DNA of 63,099 nucleotides, filler included, from Folioceros fuciformis (Eukaryota): NCBI GenBank assembly GCA_049999805.1. It is 6 parts of 6 records of this genome, joined end to end, with 100 filler letters (N's around TTAATTAATTAA, not from the genome) between each part and the next. Parts side by side here need not be neighbours in the genome. Positions count along the whole stretch, not along the records: positions 47,861 to 61,554 come from JBNGIO010006486.1; positions 61,655 to 63,099 come from JBNGIO010006500.1; 4 more parts are not named here. One strand, 5' to 3'. Shown piece by piece: positions 59,542 to 63,099 of this stretch (position 1 is its first letter; each line of letters starts with the position of its first letter). The notes under the pieces were generated by a model. It saw only the letters and a program-made list of their open reading frames with translations, ran no database searches and was not told where the DNA came from. The position numbers and the translations under genes were made by a program.

Positions 59542-59940
59542 TCATGGTGCTTCTGATGCAGTGTGATCACACGTGGATGTCAGCGTGGGCAAATAAATTG
59601 ATACAACTGGATTGACTGCAGATTGTCCTGGTAAAGGTATCCTTAGGAATGCTATAATTCTCATAATTGCCTCAGATTGATGTTGCATGCCTTCATAAAT
59701 CACTGCAATTTTGTTAAGAGCTGCTTCAAGTCTGGCGACAATATCTGAGGTTTTGCACAACACCAAGACCAGTATATCCCTGAGTCGATCCTCCAGGGCT
59801 AAATATGATTGGTTGTAGATGAGTTCCTCGTTGTCATCAGTTTGATACTCTTCCAATTCTTTGTAGGAATCAGCAATTTGCGTGATAGGAGCAAAGGCAT
59901 GCGTCGAGCTCTGGGTGGACGTTAGGACCACGTAATTCAA
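59542..59940 (-). CDS. Unknown helical/coiled-coil ORF (~130 aa, no ATG start) between a gag-protease remnant and Copia-6 gag
   Basis: LEDRLRDILVLVLCKTSDIVARLEAALNKIAVIYEGMQHQSEAIMRII is amphipathic; no recognised domain. Confidence 0.3.
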   Translation of the reverse strand: MNYVVLTSTQSSTHAFAPITQIADSYKELEEYQTDDNEELIYNQSYLALEDRLRDILVLVLCKTSDIVARLEAALNKIAVIYEGMQHQSEAIMRIIAFLRIPLPGQSAVNPVVSIYLPTLTSTCDHTASEAP

Positions 59941-60039
59941 GCTGTTGATGACAGCCTTGTGGAGCCGTGCGTGGGCCAGATCTAGATGAGGTAGGCCGTG
60001 AGACTATAGAAAGCATGAGAACCTCAGCTTCTATAGTTG

Positions 60040-61300
60040 GCACGCGATCTTGGCCATGCCTGGGACATAAATGACATCTGTCAGGGTTAGTTCAGTGCCG
60101 TCATGGAGGCTGAAAACGCAGGTACCCTTGCCCTCAATACGCAGACTTGTCTTGCTCTGCTCATCTGCAAGAAATACTTGACCTCCTTTTTGTGTTAGGT
60201 CAAGGGTGCTGAAGAGGTCCCTTTTCTTGCAGAGATGGGTCTTCGCCCCAGAGTCGAGGTACCAGCAGCTGTCATCGCTGAGAGTGCTGGACTGTCAGTA
60301 TTTTAACAGGAGCCTTATGGTCTCCTGATTTCTTCTTCCTCACGGCCACGTTTGCGGCTGGTTTTTGCTGCCTGGAGGGCTCACCGGCCCTTCTTTTTTG
60401 GCATTCTCTGGCCCAATGGCCAGGGAGGCCGCACTAGTTATAGTTGCCAGGTCTCTTAACAGGGCTTGAAGGTTCCCCTCTCTGTCCCTGCATTGCTGTG
60501 CTTCTGGGCTTGGTTCTCCCCTTTTGAAAGTTTGTGGCTAATACCTTCTCTCCCTTGTTCCTGAAGGTGGATGAGAAGGTGCGACTCTGCTCCTCCTGGA
60601 ATAGCCCACCAATCACCTCCTCTAAGGTGAAGGTCGCTGTCTGGGCAAAGGCAGCTACAGCGGCGCGTATGGGGCCGTTTTGGCTAGTGACAAAGGTCTG
60701 ATAGGAGGCAGGGAGACTGCTCAGCAGTTGGGCGATAGCGTCCACCTCTGACATCTTCTCCCCTGTCATAGCAGTGAGTTGGGCACGTAGGTGCCAGAAC
60801 CTGCTAACGTGTAGGGCCACCTTTTCTCCCTCCTTCATTCTGAGAGAGAAAAACTCCTACCTGACTGCACATAACGTCATCATATTCTGGATTTTGTATG
60901 TCTTTTCTAATTGGTCCCATATGTCGTGTGCAGATGTGAGGTACTCGACCTCTGGGACCAAGTCTGCGTCTAACCCTCCTATGATTAGGGCGACAGCAAT
61001 GGCATTCTGCTGTTCCCACTTGGCGATTTCATCGGCTGTGGGGGTAGGACTGGTGTTGGGATCAGGTTTAGGGTAGGATTCGTGGATGACGGTCCATACT
61101 CCCCTGGCCAGCAAGGTGGCCTTCATCCTGACTCTCCATACATTGTAGCCTGATCCCTTAAACCTATCCTTCTCCTTGAGTTATGAGGTAAATGTAGGTG
61201 TGCTTGATGGTGCTGCCATGACTGGAGTCTGGATAGGTGTGTGTAGGGAGAGCTGTTGAAGACCGCTAATGAGGGAGTTCAGTTGTGCAGGAGTGACCAT
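60040..61300 (-). mobile_element. Copia gag-protease remnant (Copia-7), pol deleted
   Basis: KEKDRFKG, gag helices, degenerate knuckle (N*CGLPGHWAREC), WYLDSGAKTH, ..TDVIYVPGMAK, after which similarity ends. Confidence 0.8.
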
Positions 61301-62529
61301 GTACGCCTACGGCGACCAAGGGAGTTATGGCTACAGTGGTACAGGGAGGTAGGCATGCATGTAACTCTTGTTATTAGACGCTCATTCCCTTAGCAGCTAA
61401 TGTTGGGACGTAGGTGGCGGAGCCTAGCTGGGCACGGAGTTTGGGTGTCACTAGGCGGATGGCATCTGGATCCTGCGCCCAGTTGAAGGCTTCGCCATTG
61501 ACGCCTTCAGCATAAGTGCAACTGAAGGTGAACGAGAACTAGTCCGGCCTATTANNNNNNNNNNNNNNNNNNNNNNNNNNNNNNNNNNNNNNNNNNNNTT
61601 AATTAATTAANNNNNNNNNNNNNNNNNNNNNNNNNNNNNNNNNNNNNNNNNNNNCTGACAACAAGAGGAAGCGGAATAGGGTGCTACACCTTATTGGGTC
61701 CAAGCATGCTGGAAACTGCCACACTACACGTACATGTTTATCAAATTGTTGGCGGCGACCACACCACTTTGATACCTTGTTTCATAATTTCTGCATGAAG
61801 CAGCTTTCCTTCCTTTCTTCAAGGCGCAACGGTGCCTACTCTTGCACATGCCTGCAAGAGGCACACAAACATCACCTGCGTGGGTATAGCCTTTCCTTGT
61901 TCTTACATAATATTGTGAAGGTGAAGAGCCCTTTCCTTGTTCTTACATAACACTGTAAAGGTGAAGAGCTTCTTGCCCCAAGCCTTGCTGTGAATATCCT
62001 GAAATGAGAACAGTCCATGTCACCACATCTTTGTGATGAAGTCCATTGTCATGCCCAAAAATTATGGTCCTGAAAAGGGCATCTTTCGGTATTTCGGTTT
62101 TTGCTAAATTGTGCGACGGTCTGAAAATTGCGTAGGGTCGGATCTTTCGTCTCGGACCGGAGTGGTTTCCGCACTAAGTCCATTGCGACACCGGACTAAG
62201 ACCATGTTCGAGAGCCCGGAGTGCAACTCGGATCGGGCTGTGCTTTCGGCGCTGGGATAACTGAATTCGGCCGGATTCGAAGCTGAGCTGGTTACCGGAG
62301 TCAGCTTCGGGCGTCGACTTCCGGACTCCGGCCAGAGAGTGGAGATGAGACGGCATCCCCAACACCTGTGACGGACGACTGAGATCGGTCGCGGTTCTGG
62401 GTGCGGCTGGAAGACTGGGCGGTAGTGAGCTGTGGAGTCGGCGGGCGGCCATGTCCGAGATCGAGCAAGTGTTGATTGCCGTTTGCAAGACTCACAAGTT
62501 GTCCAGAAGGGGACTTACTTTGGGATGAA

Positions 62530-62605
62530 GCACGCGGTGGATTGGTGGGCACTGGGGATTTTGCTCTACGAGATGTTGTACGGGCGCACGTCATTCTGCG
62601 GTTGG
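62530..62605 (+). pseudogene. Isolated AGC/phototropin-type protein kinase fragment (subdomain IX)
   Basis: HAVDWWALGILLYEMLYGRTSFCG; no flanking kinase sequence recognised. Confidence 0.6.
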
Positions 62606-63099
62606 AAGCCGGCACTCTGCCACTCCGCGCAGCCACGACCATACCAAGAGCGACCCCATAGCCAGAGTTTCAAGGTGGACAGTGACCGCGACAGAAGACC
62701 CCACCTGTAGCATTACTCCTACAACGGTGCTTGCAGCAAGGTGATGNNNNNNNNNNNNNNNNNNNNNNNNNNNNNNNNNNNNNNNNNNNNNNNNNNNNNN
62801 NNNNNNNNNNNNNNNNNNNNNNNNNNNNNNNNNNNNNNNNNNNNNNCCCACCTGTAGCATTACTCCTACAACGGTGCTTGCAGCAAGGTGATGTAGGTGC
62901 TGGACAAGGGTAGGGCGGTGGCACTGGCTGCATCCATTGGTTGCATGTCCGTGGCGGGGGACGCTTAGGTGTGGGAGATCAGCTCGAGATTCGGGCCTCG
63001 ATGGGGTAGGCACCACAACGATGTCGACTTGGCCGCCCCCACCTCGCTGCGAATGCCGGGGAAGTCACGTTCACGGGATGGGAACCCAGCGGCTATGGC

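Noticed and set aside
62700-62893. 47-bp sequence repeated on both sides of an N gap
   Set aside because: Most likely contig-end overlap; cannot be called a real repeat.

Overview
Eukaryotic nuclear DNA from a plant. Short GT-AG introns and an intronless mannosylglycerate synthase suggest a non-seed land plant such as a hornwort, moss or lycophyte (inference). The window is several contigs joined by artificial N-TTAATTAATTAA-N spacers. (1) 0.3-7.8 kb: a decaying multi-exon starch branching enzyme 3 (Arabidopsis BE1/EMB2729-type) gene. It carries a complex internal rearrangement: duplicated exons flank a nested antisense gene, an inverted copy of one of its own introns and a Copia fragment. 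(2) 9.0-10.8 kb: an intact bacterial-type mannosylglycerate synthase (GT78), overlapped at its start by an out-of-frame spliced upstream ORF. (3) 11.4-24.4 kb: a PIF/Harbinger remnant and nested Ty1/Copia elements. (4) 24.5-35.4 kb: a birth-and-death cluster of small secreted Cys-rich proteins resembling fungal KP4/Ecp2-type proteins. (5) 35.5-61.5 kb: a dense Copia cluster that includes one element with an uninterrupted gag-pol. The most novel signal is a Copia lineage with three members here. Between the PBS and gag it encodes a ~200-230 aa MPR-starting coiled-coil protein (all three elements) and a conserved ~60 aa CxxC protein (two elements). It also has non-canonical TA-ending LTRs and an altered integrase QNP motif.
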